Notes: generated by a model from the sequence alone, not told the origin. Shown: positions 15,986 through 26,353, numbered from the stretch's first letter. The stretch: 64,000 bases of DNA from Pseudomonadota bacterium (GCA_005792545.1 SXRM01000319.1:696-64695); one strand, 5' to 3'. Numbers and translations: made by a program.

Positions 15986-17593
15986 TTACGGTCCGACAAT
16001 CACCTGAATCTGCCCGTCGACGCTGACGTGGGTTGGCTTGGCGCCCGGGGCGGCGAACGGGTTGCGGTCCCAAATCACAAAGTCGGCCGCGGCGCCTTCT
16101 GCGATTGTCGGCTTGCCGCTGCCAGAACCGCCTGGGGTCAACGCCGCAAGCGCAAGGTCGGCTACGCTGCCTGGCGTGGCGTCGGCGCCGAGTTCGACGG
16201 GACTGGTCGCCGCCATGACGCGCCAATCCGCAAGGGGATCCGAGGCGGCAATCGGATAATCCGAGCCGGCGCGTACGCTGCAGACGGGCGCAAGGGCAAG
16301 GCTTGGGTACGACCACGCTAGGCGATCGTCGCCCAGCCGCGCCTTTGCAAAGGGCTCATCCTGGGCGGCGTGGCGCGGCTGCACACTGCACTCAACCCGC
16401 AATCCCCATAGCTGCTCGCGCAGTTCGGGAGGCACCACCTGGGCGTGCTCGATGCGAACTGGCGGCGCTTTGGCAGACCGCTGCATCGCGCGCAACACCC
16501 GCGCGACTTGGCCGATGGCCCGATCACCAATCGCGTGCATTGCCACCTGCAGGCCGGCGCGGTCCGCCTCGGCGATCCGCTCGCGCAACACGCCGTCGTC
16601 GTAGCGCAATTCGCCGTTGGTCGCCGTATCTGCGTAGGGCAGCTGCAGCGCCGCAGTGTGTCCACCCAGCGTGCCGTCAAGCCACAGCTTGATGCCCGCC
16701 AGTCGCACCCTGGGCGTCGCGCGCGCAAGTCCCTGGCCTTCGAGCAACAACGCGGCCTCGGGTCGCTCTGCATCCAGGTACACCAGCACGCGCACCGGCA
16801 GGCGCCCCTCGCGCTCCAGCGCCCGCAGTGCGTGGACCAGCGTCGCGGACTCGCCCATGGCGTGGACCTCGACGATGCCCGTCGCGGCCATGGCGCCCAG
16901 CACCTGTTGCACCAGCGGCCGCAGGCGATCCAACCGCGGGGCTGGCAGCGACCGCCAGACCTGCCGCGCCAGTTCGCCCTCCAACCGCCACTGTGCGCCG
17001 GCGATGCGCGCCTGCTGGTCGGCTGATGTGCGCTCAACAAGTCCGGTCGACAACCGCCCGCCGTGGCCGTCCGCGCGCGACAGGTAGCAGTGCAGATCGC
17101 CGCAAGCGGCATCGATGTCGGCCTGGGATAGCTGGTGCCAGGCTTCGTTCGACAAGCCGAAGCCCCACAGCCACTCGCCCGCCATCGGGCGCGCCCGATC
17201 GAGGGCCGCGCGCAAGTCGGCCAGTGACCGCACAGCGCTGAGGTCAGCGGCATCGCGCAGCATCGCCGCACCCTCGACATGGACATGGGCGTCGACGAGG
17301 CCTGGCGTCACATACCCGGTGGGCGCCTTGACCACGACGGTCTCGGGCCCGCGCAGCGGCGTGACGTCCGCTGGCGCGCCCACCGCCAGCACCGCCCCCT
17401 GACGGATCGCGACCATGCGCGCCCCCGGTCGGCCGTGGATCGCCTCGGCGAGCACCATGACGTCGACCACTTCCGCTTTGCGCACGACCTTGGTCGCCCG
17501 CGGCGCAGCAGGCGGCACCAGAAACGCGCGCACTGACACGCAGCTGCCGACGGCAAACATCGCGACTGTCAGGCCGACGAGGCGTCGCTTCAT
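15986..17593 (-). CDS. amidohydrolase family protein (Amidohydro_3 / YtcJ-like)
   Basis: ATG at 17593 (MKRRLVGLTVAMFAVGSC..., a lipobox-like signal). Metal-binding motifs GLVDAHVHVEG, LWLDGTLGGHTAAL, VAMHAIGDRA, IEHAQVV and GSDYPI. Confidence 0.8.
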   Translation of the reverse strand: MKRRLVGLTVAMFAVGSCVSVRAFLVPPAAPRATKVVRKAEVVDVMVLAEAIHGRPGARMVAIRQGAVLAVGAPADVTPLRGPETVVVKAPTGYVTPGLVDAHVHVEGAAMLRDAADLSAVRSLADLRAALDRARPMAGEWLWGFGLSNEAWHQLSQADIDAACGDLHCYLSRADGHGGRLSTGLVERTSADQQARIAGAQWRLEGELARQVWRSLPAPRLDRLRPLVQQVLGAMAATGIVEVHAMGESATLVHALRALEREGRLPVRVLVYLDAERPEAALLLEGQGLARATPRVRLAGIKLWLDGTLGGHTAALQLPYADTATNGELRYDDGVLRERIAEADRAGLQVAMHAIGDRAIGQVARVLRAMQRSAKAPPVRIEHAQVVPPELREQLWGLRVECSVQPRHAAQDEPFAKARLGDDRLAWSYPSLALAPVCSVRAGSDYPIAASDPLADWRVMAATSPVELGADATPGSVADLALAALTPGGSGSGKPTIAEGAAADFVIWDRNPFAAPGAKPTHVSVDGQIQVIVGP

Positions 17594-18120
17594 GGTGCCT
17601 TCGGCGCGATCATCGGCATGGGTTGGGAAAACCCGACGGGCCGAACGCGCAGCCGCTCGGGATCGCCGGGCCACGGATCCAGCGCCCAACGCCGCCGCGT
17701 GCGCGACTCCAGCTGCGCGAGCAGCGCCGTGCGGTCGATGTAGGTCGGCACGCCCCAGGCCCGCAGGTTGCGCAGGATTGCGGGAAACGTGCGGTCCAGG
17801 TCTTGCTGCGCCAACACGACTTTGCCTTCAGGATGAGCGCCATACGGGCAGTCGTTGGCGAGATAGCCGAGCGGCTGCGCTTCTTGGGCCGTGTGACACC
17901 ATGGTGCTGCTTCAAAGCGACGTTCGTACACAGAACAGGCAAAGCGGTCACCATCACCGACCAGGAATTGGCAGTGCAGTCCTGGCACTACGACGCTGCC
18001 CAGGTCCCCAGCTGGCACGGCAACGTGGCAACTGGCGCCGCAGCGCCGGCACAGGCCTTCACGGGCCTGATCGGTGAGTTGCGAATCGGATGCGCTTGGA
18101 TCAGTGGGCCCGGAGGTCAT
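17590..18120 (-). CDS. YkgJ/UPF0153-like cysteine-cluster protein
   Basis: CRRCGASCH ... HCQFLVGDGDRFACSVYERRFEAAPWCH fits the CxxCGxxC...C.fL...C.iYe.RP..C pattern. The ATG at 18120 overlaps the upstream stop (ATGA). Its own stop overlaps the amidohydrolase ATG (ATGA at 17590-17593). Confidence 0.55.
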   Translation of the reverse strand: MTSGPTDPSASDSQLTDQAREGLCRRCGASCHVAVPAGDLGSVVVPGLHCQFLVGDGDRFACSVYERRFEAAPWCHTAQEAQPLGYLANDCPYGAHPEGKVVLAQQDLDRTFPAILRNLRAWGVPTYIDRTALLAQLESRTRRRWALDPWPGDPERLRVRPVGFSQPMPMIAPKAP

Positions 18121-19301
18121 CTGGTCGACGGCCACCCTGGCGACTCTGGCGCGGCCGCTGGCCGGTACGCCCAACTGTCCGGGTCTTGGGCTTGCGCAGT
18201 TGCGGCAGCAGCCTCGCTGTCTTTGACGAACAGCAGCCAGCTGGTGACACTGACCGCCGCACCGATAACTGCGTAGCCTAGCCCGCCAGTCAGGCGCGAC
18301 ACGGAGCCCTCAGGCACCCTTTCGACGAAGCCGTTGGACTTCTTGTAGGCGTAGTAGCTCATGTTGTACGCACCGAATCCGAAGATTCCCGCGCCCGCCG
18401 CGACGCCACCCCAGCCGGCCAGCTTGCGCGGCGGCAAACCGCCTCCTTCCAGGCCATCGCACCGCGCCTCGGCTTGGGCATCCGCTGCGACTTCGATCCT
18501 GGTGCCGATCTGGCGATCGCCGCGCACGCAGATGACCTCGTGCGTGCCAGGCTCAACCGACAGCGCCGGCGAGCGGTCGCCGATTCGCGCCGCATCCGCG
18601 ATGTCGACCGTGTTGCCATCGACGCGCACGGTCACGCCGCGCAGGCCGCCGGGCACCACGACGACCAGCTTACCGTCGCGGTGGTCGAGGTTGATCTTGA
18701 CCTCCGCGGTGTCGCCCGCTTTGACGTCGATCTCGCGGGTGACGGGCTTACGGCCCGGCGCGCCCGCCTCGACTTTCCTGCGCCCGGGCGTCAGCCAGCG
18801 CGAATACGGCATGGTAATCTCGGTGCCATCCAACTGGACGCGGGCGTCGCGCGACGGCTCGACAATCACCACCAGTTCGCCCTTGGCGCGCATCTCATCG
18901 CTGACGGCAAGGATCTCTTCGGTCAGGGTCTGCAAGGCCTTTTTGGACAACTGCGCAGCCAGCGGCTTGCACTGCTTGAACGCAGCTTCCGCCTCGCGCA
19001 GCTTGCCCATCTGCCGCAGCGCGCTGCCCTTGAGCAGCATGATGTTCGGGTGGGCGAACAGCTTTTCCGCCTGCTCGGCCAACTCGGCGGCGCGCTCGAA
19101 CTCCTTGGCGTCGAGCTTGTCTTTGGCTTCCTTGTAGAGCGCGAAAGCCTTGGTCTCGTTGTCAGCGGGACCGGCGACGGCGACCGGGGCTGCGACCACG
19201 GTGGCAAGGATCGCGACCAGGGCCACACAGCCCAGCGACGCCAGCGTCCTGGTTGCGCGTAGCGCCCAAGTGCCAGCTGGGTGGCGTACGGGAAGGCTCA
19301 C
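18117..19301 (-). CDS. membrane protein with TPR-like N-terminal helices and two PEGA-like domains
   Basis: GTG start at 19301. Signal/anchor LASLGCVALVAILATVVAAPVAVA. PEGA-like segments ELVVIVEPSRDARVQLDGTEI... and KLVVVVPGGLRGVTVRVDGNTV.... C-terminal hydrophobic segments are present. Confidence 0.7.
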   Translation of the reverse strand: MSLPVRHPAGTWALRATRTLASLGCVALVAILATVVAAPVAVAGPADNETKAFALYKEAKDKLDAKEFERAAELAEQAEKLFAHPNIMLLKGSALRQMGKLREAEAAFKQCKPLAAQLSKKALQTLTEEILAVSDEMRAKGELVVIVEPSRDARVQLDGTEITMPYSRWLTPGRRKVEAGAPGRKPVTREIDVKAGDTAEVKINLDHRDGKLVVVVPGGLRGVTVRVDGNTVDIADAARIGDRSPALSVEPGTHEVICVRGDRQIGTRIEVAADAQAEARCDGLEGGGLPPRKLAGWGGVAAGAGIFGFGAYNMSYYAYKKSNGFVERVPEGSVSRLTGGLGYAVIGAAVSVTSWLLFVKDSEAAAATAQAQDPDSWAYRPAAAPESPGWPSTR

Positions 19302-19326
19302 GGCGAAATCCTCATGGTACGGCCCA

Positions 19327-21096
19327 TCAGTCCCACTTGGGCTTCTTGACCACTTTCTTGATCACGGACTTGCTCGCTGTCAACGTGGCCTCAAAGAGTG
19401 GCTTGGTGGGCGCCAGCACGGCCAGCGTCGCGAAGTCGACTTCGAACGGGTCATGGCCCTCTTTCTTGAGCTGTAACTTGCTGAACCTGCCGGCAGCCAG
19501 CTCGACCGTGTACGGCGTCTTGCCGACCTCTTTGCCGTCCTGCAGGACGACCGCGCCGTCGGGCTTGCTGGTAATGACCATCTTTGGCGCGACCGCCGGC
19601 TTGGCAGGCTCCGGCGCCGCAACGGTCGGCGAAGGCGCCTTTGGCGCAGCCACTGGCTCCGCGGCCTTGGGCGGCTCCGGGTTTTCCGGCGCCTTTTCCG
19701 CAGCTTTGGCCTTGTTGTCGTCCGCGGACACGACTGGCTCTGGCGCGGACGGCTCGTCTGCCTTGGCAGCCGCGATTGGTTGCGCGGGTGGCAGCGGGTC
19801 GTCTCGCGTCAGCACGACCGCGGCGATCGCGCCGCCGATCAACACGACCGCGATGACCAGCAGCAGCAGGCGTTGCGTGCCGCCTTCCTGTTTTGCGGCA
19901 GCGGCCTTGCCGACGCTGCGAGCTTGGCTGGCGCCGCGGTTGCCACGGTCGCGCATCGTATCGAGATGGGCGGCGGCGTCGACCGTGTCCAGCGCCATGG
20001 TCGCAGCATTGGCTTGCGCAACACCCGGCAGGGCCGTCGCCACATCCATGGCCATGGTAGCAGCCGGTTCCGACCCCGCCCCAAGTGTATCCAAGGTCCG
20101 CGTCGCGTCGGCGTCCACATCCACCGGCTTGCTCGGCGGCGGTTGCGATCGCCGTGACGGCGGCGGAACGGTGACCGGTCGGCCCGGTGTCCGCGTGCTG
20201 ACCGCGTTGAACTGGCCACTGGGATGGCGCGGCGAACCGAGCGCGACCATGGTGCGGTCGATCGCCTCAAGCACCTCTTCGGCAGACTGAAAGCGCTGGG
20301 CCGACTTCTTGGCCAGCAACTTGAACACCAGGTGGTCCAATTCTTCCGGCACGTACAATTCAGGCGCGACATCGGCAAACGCGGGTGGCGGCTCCTGCAC
20401 GTGCTTGATCGCGACGGCGATCGGATCCTCGGCGACAAACGGCGGCCGGCCCGACAGCATTTCGAACAAAATGACGCCGAGCGAGTACAGGTCGCTCGCG
20501 GCCGACAGCGGCAGGCCCTGGGCCTGTTCAGGTGACAGGTAGCGCGGCGTGCCGAACATCTTGCCGGCCTGGGTCAGTTCCTGGCCGCCTGCCTCCAAGA
20601 ACTTGGCGATGCCAAAGTCGATGACCTTGATGAAATCCCTTTCGCCATAGATCTCGCACACAAAGATGTTGTCGGGCTTGAGATCGCGGTGAACGATGCC
20701 CTTGCTGTGGGCCTCGGCCAGGGACTTGAGCACCTGCCGGATCATGATGAGCGAGCGCTGGGTGTCGACCTGCCCTTTGCGCAACACCTGGGTCAGCGTT
20801 TCGCCGGTCAGGTACTCCATCACCATGTAGATAAGGCCATCAAACTGGCCAAAATCGATGACGCTAATGGTGTTGGGATGGCGCAACTGGGTCGACGCGC
20901 GGGCCTCTTGCTCGAAGCGGGCGACCTGCTTTTCGTCGGCGACCAGGTGTGACGCCAGGATCTTGATCGCCACCACCCGGTTCGACATCTGCTGGTCGTG
21001 GCCCTGGAACACCGACCCCATGCCACCCTGGCCGATGAGCTTGACGAGCTTATAGCGCCCGGCGAGTACGCGACCGACCAGTTGACTGCCGTCCAT
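19327..21096 (-). CDS. Ser/Thr protein kinase with C-terminal PEGA domain
   Basis: ATG at 21096 (MDGSQLVGRVLAGRYKLVKLIGQGGMGSVF). Kinase motifs AIKIL, HRDLKPDNIFV, DFGIAKF and GTPRYLSPE. TM segment LLLLVIAVVLIGGAIAAVVL. C-terminal ITSKPDGAVVLQDGKEVGKTPYTVEL is a PEGA domain. Confidence 0.9.
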   Translation of the reverse strand: MDGSQLVGRVLAGRYKLVKLIGQGGMGSVFQGHDQQMSNRVVAIKILASHLVADEKQVARFEQEARASTQLRHPNTISVIDFGQFDGLIYMVMEYLTGETLTQVLRKGQVDTQRSLIMIRQVLKSLAEAHSKGIVHRDLKPDNIFVCEIYGERDFIKVIDFGIAKFLEAGGQELTQAGKMFGTPRYLSPEQAQGLPLSAASDLYSLGVILFEMLSGRPPFVAEDPIAVAIKHVQEPPPAFADVAPELYVPEELDHLVFKLLAKKSAQRFQSAEEVLEAIDRTMVALGSPRHPSGQFNAVSTRTPGRPVTVPPPSRRSQPPPSKPVDVDADATRTLDTLGAGSEPAATMAMDVATALPGVAQANAATMALDTVDAAAHLDTMRDRGNRGASQARSVGKAAAAKQEGGTQRLLLLVIAVVLIGGAIAAVVLTRDDPLPPAQPIAAAKADEPSAPEPVVSADDNKAKAAEKAPENPEPPKAAEPVAAPKAPSPTVAAPEPAKPAVAPKMVITSKPDGAVVLQDGKEVGKTPYTVELAAGRFSKLQLKKEGHDPFEVDFATLAVLAPTKPLFEATLTASKSVIKKVVKKPKWD

Positions 21097-21548
21097 CCAA
21101 AACCTGTTGGACCCGACCGACCGTTGCGCGCGTGCTGCGCGGCGGTGGCGCGACCGATGGGCGTGTGACGCGCGCCGCCAGCGCAAAGTTGCGCTGCCCG
21201 GCTGGCTGTCAGGCCGATTTCGCCCGGCCGTTGCTTGGGTGCGACCGCCTTGTTGCATGCCAGGCTGCGGTCAAAGAGGACCGCAACGCCAGCAAATCGT
21301 CCGGCGAATTGCCGCCGGCCGCTACGACAAGGCCTTAAAACCCCACGCCTTTGTACCAGTGGCCCACGGCGGGCGCACTTCGGGCGGCACTATACACCAA
21401 AATGAACGGGCCGCGAAACAGCGCCCGCGCCCAATTCCCCGCGCTCCGCGCACCGTGCTATGCTCCGCGGCCCGCTGCCGCCGCGCGACCGAGTGATGCG
21501 GTCTGAGCGATCGCAAGCCCGGGCGGCAGCCGAATGCAGGAGCGCGCC

Positions 21549-22121
21549 ATGAGTTCCACCGCCATCGCCAACCGCAAATTCGGCGCCGACCCCTGGGTTG
21601 TACAACGTACCGCTCGGCTGCTCAGCACGCTGCTGCTGCTGGTGGGGGTTGGCTGCAACCAGGGCACGACAATCGGCGCCAACCAGGCGGTCGGCGAGAA
21701 CAAGAAAGAGGCTGAGCGCACCGTCAGCGGCAACGAGCTTCGCCAGAAAGGCGGCCTTTGCGATGTGAACCGGCGCGTCAGTGCACCCGATCTGGCCAGC
21801 CCAGAAGGCGTCATCTGGAGGATGTACCAGGTCGCCCAAAAGCCAGACACCGAGGAATCGCTCAAAGAATTCGTGGCGCTGTTCCCGTCGAGCAAAACCC
21901 CGCGCGAAATCAAGGAAAACTACTGGGGCCGCATGCGTGCCAACGTGCACAAATACGTGCTGGAGCCCGGCAAGCCCGACTTCACGATTTGCCGCACCGC
22001 GCACCGCGACGACGGCAAGATGTACTACATCGTGACCAAGGACCCGCGCCAAAGCCCGCCGCCGATCACGGTCGGTCCGGTCGATGGCGCCAACAAGATC
22101 GTGTTTCTGACGCCATTCTGA
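21549..22121 (+). CDS. hypothetical lipoprotein
   Basis: ATG at 21549 with AGGAG 7 nt upstream. Lipobox LLLLVGVGC. No recognisable domain. Confidence 0.6.
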   Translation: MSSTAIANRKFGADPWVVQRTARLLSTLLLLVGVGCNQGTTIGANQAVGENKKEAERTVSGNELRQKGGLCDVNRRVSAPDLASPEGVIWRMYQVAQKPDTEESLKEFVALFPSSKTPREIKENYWGRMRANVHKYVLEPGKPDFTICRTAHRDDGKMYYIVTKDPRQSPPPITVGPVDGANKIVFLTPF

Positions 22122-22164
22122 CGGCGTCTGCCGCGCCGGCGCAACGGCGAGGGGAGCGGGAGCA

Positions 22165-24045
22165 ATGAGGATTGTGGACTTTGATTCGCCAACGATGGCG
22201 CGTGGCGGCCGGATTTGGCTGGTCGTGGCCCTGGCCAGCCTGGCAGGCGCCTGCCAAGGCGAAGCTGTCGACGCCCCGAGCGCCGCGCCGGTCGAACACG
22301 GCGGCCTGGCGGCCAAGCTGGTTGCGCTGGACACCTGCGGTGGGGCGGCGGCGGACCCGTTCAGCCAGGTCAAGACATTGGAGCTCAAGGTGCGCGATGG
22401 CAGCTCCGGCACCTTGAAAAACGTGCTGGCCAAGGCAGCGACGGCGGCACTTGGCGGCGGCAAGACATCGGCGTCGTTTGCAGCAATTCCGGCCGGCAGC
22501 CCGCGCGAAGTGACGGTGCTCGGCTACGCGGCTGGCGCAAGCAAGCCGAGTTGGTTCGGCCGCCGTACCGGCGTCAACATCAAAAAGAACGACACCACCA
22601 CGCTCGACATGGCGTTGATGGCGGTCGAAGGCTTCACCTGCGTCGGCGCCAAGAACATGCCGAACGCCTTGTTTGCGGCGACCACAGTCATCGACAATGG
22701 CCGCGTGCTCATCACTGGCGGCTTTACCAACGCCAGTGTCGACGGCAGCCTGGTCAAGCTGGAATCGGCCTCGAATCGCGCCTACATCTTCGACCCGAAC
22801 ACCGGCAAATTCACGGCCACTAAGGGTTTCTTGCAAGAGGCGCGCGCCGGTCACGCTATGATCTACCTGGCCAAGCCAAACCAGGTGCTGATCGTTGGTG
22901 GCACCAAGAAGATGACGGTCGCGTCGGCTGGCAACGCGCCGCCTCTGTGGTCGCCGAGCGACGCCGCCAACCTGACCTACGAGATTTTTGACATTGCCAC
23001 TGGCAACTTCATTGCCGGCCCGGAGCAGGGCGCCAATTGCAAAAAACGCGTCCTGCCCAACCTGATGGCGCTGACCGATGACTACGTGGTGGCGCTCGGC
23101 GGTGCACCGTGGCCGCACAACGACACCGACTATTACGCCAAGAGCGATCTCTACGAAGCCAAGCACGGGCCCAACGAACCGACCGGCCGCTTCAAGGACG
23201 TTGGCAACGGCCTGCAGCTGAATGCCGTGCGCGCGGGCGCGGCGATTGCGTATGTTGGCCCGACGCCCAACGGCACCAGCCGGTATCTGGTTTGGGGCGG
23301 CAACACTGTAGCCAGCAACGTCGATTGCACCAGCCCGCTGCCGACCGCGCTCAAGCACGCCGAGCGCTTCAAGGAGAGCACGGAGCCCGGCACCGGCGAG
23401 TTTTTCGGCGACTACGTGCTGGAAGGCGACTTTGCCACGCCCTACGACGCCAAGAATGCCAAGTCGCTCAATCGCGACATGGCGCTGTTCTTTCCGACCC
23501 TGACGCCGCTTGGTCGCAAGGACGAGGGCGGCAAAGAGGCCTACCGCTTCCTGTCCGTCGGCGGCGCGCGCCATGCAACCTACCACCCGCAGCAGTGTGC
23601 GGCGGCGTGGGACAACTCGATCCTGGGCTGGCAGGCGCCAAGCCTGGACGACGCCTACATCTTGACGTTGGTCGAGCCCACGGACACCACCCAGGGTCGG
23701 CTGCTGACCAAGCGGGTGGCCGGTCTGGGCAAAGGCGTGTTCTTTCACCAGGCCAACCTGGCGGGAACGGGCGCCGTGGTGCTGAGCGGCGGCTTCTCGA
23801 CGTTTGGCGGCGACGCGGACTTCTCGATGCAGTACTTCGATATCGCCAGCACCAAGCTGCTGGGTTCTGCGCAGATGGAGGCTGCCAGCAAGTTCGTGCT
23901 GCGCGGGGGCCACAGCGCGCTGAGCCTGCGCAACGACTGCGTGCTGTTCTATGGCGGCGCGGGCAAACTGGCAGGCGCGTCGCTCAACAGCACGGCGATG
24001 GCCACCAGTGACGTGTACTGCCCGAAATTCCTCGTACCGAACTAG
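22165..24045 (+). CDS. lipoprotein with Kelch/galactose-oxidase-like beta-propeller repeats
   Basis: Lipobox LASLAGAC. Seven recurrent hydrophobic-stretch+GG blade signatures: VLITGGF, VLIVGGT, VVALGGA, LVWGGN, LSVGGAR, VVLSGGF, VLFYGGAG. Confidence 0.65.
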   Translation: MRIVDFDSPTMARGGRIWLVVALASLAGACQGEAVDAPSAAPVEHGGLAAKLVALDTCGGAAADPFSQVKTLELKVRDGSSGTLKNVLAKAATAALGGGKTSASFAAIPAGSPREVTVLGYAAGASKPSWFGRRTGVNIKKNDTTTLDMALMAVEGFTCVGAKNMPNALFAATTVIDNGRVLITGGFTNASVDGSLVKLESASNRAYIFDPNTGKFTATKGFLQEARAGHAMIYLAKPNQVLIVGGTKKMTVASAGNAPPLWSPSDAANLTYEIFDIATGNFIAGPEQGANCKKRVLPNLMALTDDYVVALGGAPWPHNDTDYYAKSDLYEAKHGPNEPTGRFKDVGNGLQLNAVRAGAAIAYVGPTPNGTSRYLVWGGNTVASNVDCTSPLPTALKHAERFKESTEPGTGEFFGDYVLEGDFATPYDAKNAKSLNRDMALFFPTLTPLGRKDEGGKEAYRFLSVGGARHATYHPQQCAAAWDNSILGWQAPSLDDAYILTLVEPTDTTQGRLLTKRVAGLGKGVFFHQANLAGTGAVVLSGGFSTFGGDADFSMQYFDIASTKLLGSAQMEAASKFVLRGGHSALSLRNDCVLFYGGAGKLAGASLNSTAMATSDVYCPKFLVPN

Positions 24046-24099
24046 GCACTTGCCCGCACCCAACTGCCGGCCACGGCCCCCGCAAACTGCGAGTTCACC

Positions 24100-25539
24100 A
24101 TGCACTTTCCATCTGCCGCCGGATCGCCCACTGCCCCGCGCGCCCGCCACCGCACCGGCACCGTGGTGCTGGCCGCGCTGGCCGCCCTGTCCGTCGCGGA
24201 CCCGGTGGCGTGGCTGCGTTTGGCGCAAACTGGCCACTATTTGTCGCAGGCGCACGCGCAAGCCGGCATCAATTCGACCTTAGCGGTCATCGTGGTCGCG
24301 ACCCAAAAGAAGGCGGGCGACGACGCCGAGGCCGTTGAGCGCCTGCTGGCCGACGGCACGGCACGACTGGACACGGTGCGATTGTTCCCGCTTTCGCCGA
24401 TCCCAAACGTCGAGGGCGCTGGCTCCGATGTCGAGACGGCGACAGGAGACCTGGTCGAAAATGCCCTGCGCGCCCTGCTCTTGCGCACGCCCAAGCAAGC
24501 GCAAGAGCGGATCGGCGCGGCGGTGGCCAAGCTCAAGGACCAGCCGATGGCCGGCGATGAGCGGCTATACGCGCGACTGTACAAAGCGCAGGGTCTGGCA
24601 CTGCTGGCGACCAATGAGATGGTGCCGGCGCGCGATGCGCTGCTCAGGTCGTTGATTCTGGCCCCGGCGCAGACCGACGAGGAATACGCTGGCTACGGTG
24701 CCAACGCCAAGGAACTGTTCAACGCGTGCAAGCAAATGGTCCAGCGCGGCCAGACGGGCGACCTCAAGATCACGGCGCGCGGCGGCAAGGCGGACATCTG
24801 GATCGACGGACAGTGGCGCGGCGCGGGCACAGCCCAGGCCAATAGCCTGCCCGTGGGCGTGCACCGCATCACAGTGCGCCAAAGTGGCATGTATGCTGAG
24901 CGTCGCTTCGTTGAAGTCGCGCCCGGCAAAAGCACCGCGGTTGAGTTTGACCTCAAACAAGCGCCATTCGGTCCGGACCTAGAACAGGGCCGCGCGGTGC
25001 TCGCCACCAACTTCAAGCAGCCGAGCGTCGTCGAAGATCGGATGCGCGAGCTGCGCAACCAGCTTGGCGCCGACCAGATGCTGGTGGTCCGGCAGGGCAG
25101 CGATAAGAAGGCCACCAAAATGGAAGGCTATTTTCTGTCGGCTGACGGCACGTTCCGCAAGGCAGAAGGCAGCGCCGAAAAGGACGCCAACTATTTCGAC
25201 CATATCGGCGAATTCGTGGCGGAAGTCAGCGGCGCCAAGCTAGGGCCCGATCCGCAGACGGCGCCGCTGGATCTGCGCCAGAGCGCTGTGGTCGTGACGG
25301 GCACGCGCAAGGCCGGCGACACGGTAGGGGCCGATCCCAACGCTCCGCTGTTCCCGGATGAAGAGGACGGCAAGAAGAAGAAAGCCGTGACCAGTCAGTG
25401 GTGGTTCTGGACCGCAGTGGCCGCCGGCGCTGGCCTGGTCGGCACCGGCATCTACTTCTTGACGCGCGGCGGTGGCGAAGCAGCCGAAGGCGCGGTGGGC
25501 ACCGTGCAGGTCAATCTGGCCAAACCCGACGCGCCTTGA
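24100..25539 (+). CDS. PEGA domain membrane protein
   Basis: PEGA segment DLKITARGGKADIWIDGQWRGAGTAQANSLPVGVHRITV. N-terminal hydrophobic signal/anchor. C-terminal TM WWFWTAVAAGAGLVGTGIYFL. Confidence 0.7.
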   Translation: MHFPSAAGSPTAPRARHRTGTVVLAALAALSVADPVAWLRLAQTGHYLSQAHAQAGINSTLAVIVVATQKKAGDDAEAVERLLADGTARLDTVRLFPLSPIPNVEGAGSDVETATGDLVENALRALLLRTPKQAQERIGAAVAKLKDQPMAGDERLYARLYKAQGLALLATNEMVPARDALLRSLILAPAQTDEEYAGYGANAKELFNACKQMVQRGQTGDLKITARGGKADIWIDGQWRGAGTAQANSLPVGVHRITVRQSGMYAERRFVEVAPGKSTAVEFDLKQAPFGPDLEQGRAVLATNFKQPSVVEDRMRELRNQLGADQMLVVRQGSDKKATKMEGYFLSADGTFRKAEGSAEKDANYFDHIGEFVAEVSGAKLGPDPQTAPLDLRQSAVVVTGTRKAGDTVGADPNAPLFPDEEDGKKKKAVTSQWWFWTAVAAGAGLVGTGIYFLTRGGGEAAEGAVGTVQVNLAKPDAP

Positions 25540-25555
25540 GCCGCGACGCCTCGCG

Positions 25556-26353
25556 ATGAGCCGCCAACGCAATTGCCTTCTCGTCGCGCTGACGCTGGCG
25601 GTTGTACCGGTGCTGGCCCTTGCCCAGCCATTCGAGATGCGGCGCGACTGGCTGGAAATCCGTCGCGGTGGCGCGGACGCGATCGTGGCCGCAGCGCGCG
25701 CTGCTTCGGCGCCGGCCGCGTGGCAGGCCACCTATGCCGTCATGCTGCCTGCCGGCCATGCGTTGAGCCCGGACAAGGCGACAGAGTTGCGACTGACCGT
25801 GGCGCGCGACAAGCCCATCGGCAAAGGTGCTGTCGGCGGCAGCTTGATGGTGCGGGTCGACGCGCCGTTGCCCATCAAAGGCATCGGTCTGGTCGTGCAT
25901 GGCGGCAAGGCGTGGCTGCGGGCGCCGGGTGGCAAAGCGGCTCCGGCTAGTCCAGCCGCGCTGTTCGCAGCGGTCGCCGGCCTGGGCGTTCCCTGGGCGG
26001 CGTTTGCCCCACTGGAATTCAAGGGGCTGCACAGCGCGACGCTCGAAGGGGAATTTGGCGATATCGCGGTCCTGCGCGGCAAGCCCGAATACGTCGCCGG
26101 GCCGGGCGTGGCGCCCGTCAAGGCAGGCATCTCCAAGCGCCATGGCTGCTGGGTCGTCGGCGAAGTGACCGACCGGCACGGCAAAACGCTGGCGCTGGTG
26201 CAGTGGCTTGAAGTCGGAGAACTGCAAGGGATTCCGGTACCTGAACGTCTGCGTCTGCGCGGTGTCGCCGGCGAAGCGGTCGCCCTGGATCTGCGGCGCC
26301 TGGACCTGACGGTTGGACGCCCACCGGCCTGGGGTCCGCGCCTGTTGCGATAG
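25556..26353 (+). CDS. secreted hypothetical protein (possibly LolA-like lipoprotein-sorting fold; weak)
   Basis: ATG at 25556 with signal MSRQRNCLLVALTLAVVPVLALA-QP. The LolA-like suggestion rests only on size and loose pattern similarity. Confidence 0.5.
   Translation: MSRQRNCLLVALTLAVVPVLALAQPFEMRRDWLEIRRGGADAIVAAARAASAPAAWQATYAVMLPAGHALSPDKATELRLTVARDKPIGKGAVGGSLMVRVDAPLPIKGIGLVVHGGKAWLRAPGGKAAPASPAALFAAVAGLGVPWAAFAPLEFKGLHSATLEGEFGDIAVLRGKPEYVAGPGVAPVKAGISKRHGCWVVGEVTDRHGKTLALVQWLEVGELQGIPVPERLRLRGVAGEAVALDLRRLDLTVGRPPAWGPRLLR

Noticed and set aside
22066-24261. 731-aa antisense ORF opposite the Kelch-like lipoprotein. Similar giants lie at 38453-40813 (opposite GH31), 51946-53688, 25732-26847, 27797-28960 and 54527-55567
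   Set aside because: All show low-complexity Arg/Ala/Gly/Val composition and mirror a better-supported gene on the other strand. None has a signal, motif or sensible start context.
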